This document shows, piece after piece, positions 4,612 to 6,065 of a DNA stretch of 6,065 bases. The notes below the pieces were generated by a model. The model was not told where the DNA came from. It made no database searches and was given only the letters and a program-made list of their open reading frames with translations. The stretch's first letter is position 1. Every line of letters starts with the position of its first letter. The position numbers were made by a program, and so were the translations under genes. Origin of the DNA: a virus. Where the stretch lies: IMG/VR virus record IMGVR_UViG_3300020041_000006, positions 1-6,065 of that record. One strand, given 5' to 3'.

Positions 4612-6065
4612 ATGGGAAAACAACCCTTTATTTCTCACGCCGTCAATGGCTACTCTCGCTACGATGTCCCTGAGAGTAAGGCCTTTACGTGTACGCCGGG
4701 TATTTTATATCCAGTGCGAATCGATTTTATTAACGCTCGAGACCGCGTTTCTATCGAGCAGGGTATTGATGTTCGCAGTAATCCTCTTGCTGTCCCGACA
4801 TTTAATCCCTACACTGTTCGACTTCATCGTTTCTGGGTGCCGCTTCAGTTGTATCACCCCGAGATGAGGACGAATAGCAGTAAGTTCGATATGAATGATT
4901 TGAGCTTGAACTTTATTGCCACTTCGTCGACCGGATCCTACCCGTTTACTACGAACAATTATCCCTACTCCAATTCGCTGCTTCGTTGGTTGCGCGCAGT
5001 CCCGGCTTCTATCCCGACGACAACCTCCAGTAATGTTCCTATGTCGGCCAGCCTTTCGTCTGCTCAGTTAGGATACCCCTTGGGCTGGTGTACTGCCGAT
5101 TCTTACCTTGCTTATTGGGATATTGTCCGTAATTATTACGGCTATTCTCAGTGGGGTCTCTATTCTTTTGCCTGGCCCAGTAGCTGGTATCTCATCCCCA
5201 ATAGTACTGGCGCTGCATATAATGTCCTTCAGTTCAGCGATGTTCAGACGTTTTTTTCGCAAAGATTTGGAAATCTTGAATTCTTAGATGCTTATTTCGA
5301 GAGCCAATTCTACCCCTCGGCTGTGCCATCGTCGAATAATACATATAATAGAGGAAATTTATTTTCTCAGATACTGCTTTCGGATCTTGGTGCTACGATT
5401 ACTGCTTCTAAGGATGGTTATCCTGTTTCTTCTCTTTACCCTGGAAGTACCTCGTTGTCTACCTCGGGTCCCGCCGATCAATTTGCCACCAATCCCAGCG
5501 AAACAACCCTCACCTCGCTTGGAGCATTTCTCGTGTCCCACCCAATGGCTGTTATACCTTCGAATCCCGATCGTTATAGCCGCCTGCTTCCCGTTGGTTC
5601 TTCCGAAGGTGTTTCTATGTCTGGCGTTTCGACTATACCACAGTTGGCTATTGCTTCGCGGCTTCAAGAGTATAAGGATTTGCTTGGCGCTGGAGGGTCT
5701 CGTTATAGCGATTGGTTGGAGACTTTTTTTGCGTCAAAGATTGAGCACGTCGATAGACCTAAGTTGCTCTTTAGCGCATCGCAGACTATTAATGTTCAGG
5801 TTGTCATGAATCAAGCTGGATTTAATAATTTTGGAGGAGACGCCTCTATGGGTCCTTTAGGTCAGCAAGGTGGTGCTATTGCCTTTAATGAGCGCCTTGG
5901 TCGTCGTCAATCTTACTATTTTCGCGAGCCTGGCTATATGATTGATATGTTGAGTATTCGTCCTGTTTATTACTGGTCAGGCATATACCCCGATTATCTT
6001 CATTATACTGGTCCTGATTACTTCAATCCGATTTATAATGATATCGGATATCAAGATGTTCCCGG
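4612..6065 (+). CDS. VP1: Major capsid protein VP1 (phiX F-like jelly-roll), N-terminal 484 codons. It runs off the window end and continues at 1-458. The full product is 596 aa on the 5,944-nt circle.
   Basis: ATG at 4612 lies 3 nt after the VP4 stop. I translated every codon from 4612 to 6065 by hand and found no stop. The product begins MGKQPFISHAVNGYSRYDVP..FNPYTVRLHRFWVPLQLYHPEM and contains GGSRYSDWLETFF..DRPKLL and LGQQGGAIAF, which are characteristic Microviridae VP1 blocks. The codon at 5947 equals window position 3, the start of the 3-458 ORF. Third codon positions are T/C-rich, as in the other genes. Confidence 0.95.
   Translation, partial: MGKQPFISHAVNGYSRYDVPESKAFTCTPGILYPVRIDFINARDRVSIEQGIDVRSNPLAVPTFNPYTVRLHRFWVPLQLYHPEMRTNSSKFDMNDLSLNFIATSSTGSYPFTTNNYPYSNSLLRWLRAVPASIPTTTSSNVPMSASLSSAQLGYPLGWCTADSYLAYWDIVRNYYGYSQWGLYSFAWPSSWYLIPNSTGAAYNVLQFSDVQTFFSQRFGNLEFLDAYFESQFYPSAVPSSNNTYNRGNLFSQILLSDLGATITASKDGYPVSSLYPGSTSLSTSGPADQFATNPSETTLTSLGAFLVSHPMAVIPSNPDRYSRLLPVGSSEGVSMSGVSTIPQLAIASRLQEYKDLLGAGGSRYSDWLETFFASKIEHVDRPKLLFSASQTINVQVVMNQAGFNNFGGDASMGPLGQQGGAIAFNERLGRRQSYYFREPGYMIDMLSIRPVYYWSGIYPDYLHYTGPDYFNPIYNDIGYQDVP
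5945..6065. repeat. Terminal redundancy, right copy, identical to 1-121.
   Basis: Same comparison as for the left copy. The overlap is typical of assembling a circular contig. Confidence 0.95.

Noticed and set aside
4476-4867. + strand ORFs 4476-4673 and 4646-4867 spanning the VP4/VP1 boundary and the VP1 5' end
   Set aside because: They are short alternative-frame ORFs subject to the same compositional bias as the longer overprinted candidates. Nothing beyond hydrophobicity supports them.
5068-5667. Minus-strand ORFs 5068-5262 and 5359-5667 antisense to VP1
   Set aside because: They are antisense to the capsid gene with no features. They are the usual shadow ORFs.
1-6065. Search for tRNA, rRNA, CRISPR repeats, integrase, transposase or inverted terminal repeats
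   Set aside because: No cloverleaf-compatible sequence, no spaced direct repeats and no recombinase-like ORF were seen. The only long repeat is the 121-nt direct terminal overlap, explained by circularity.

Overview
The window is a complete, circularly permuted genome of a small ssDNA phage of the family Microviridae. It belongs to a non-phiX lineage (gokusho/alpa-like), because it has VP1, VP2 and VP4 homologues but no phiX-type spike or external scaffold genes. Unit length is 5,944 nt. The sequence was linearised inside the major capsid gene and carries a 121-nt terminal overlap (1-121 is identical to 5945-6065). All credible genes are on the + strand. They are: VP4 rolling-circle replication initiator (3538-4608); VP1 major capsid (4612-6065, continuing in frame at 1-458); a small acidic ORF (471-779); a 63-aa lipoprotein precursor (913-1104); VP2 pilot/minor capsid protein (1106-2353); and an accessory block of three ORFans (2440-2757, 2769-3092, 3110/3338-3538). 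VP1 is missing from the supplied ORF track only because it runs off the window end. No gene has a Shine-Dalgarno sequence, and the VP2-to-ORFan intergenic region holds a good match to the Bacteroides-type promoter (TTTG, 19 nt, TAnnTTTG). Both point to a Bacteroidota host. Points worth follow-up: (1) the tiny lipoprotein, a candidate lysis or exclusion factor in a phage group whose lysis mechanism is unresolved; (2) a GC-rich cluster of five hairpins (about 3138-3318) lying in the doubtful 5' half of an ORF that is open on both strands; (3) a structured intergenic region (780-912) with a phiX-ori-like ACTTGAT motif; (4) long hydrophobic +1-frame ORFs overprinted on VP4 and VP1. I found no tRNA, rRNA, CRISPR array, integrase or transposase.
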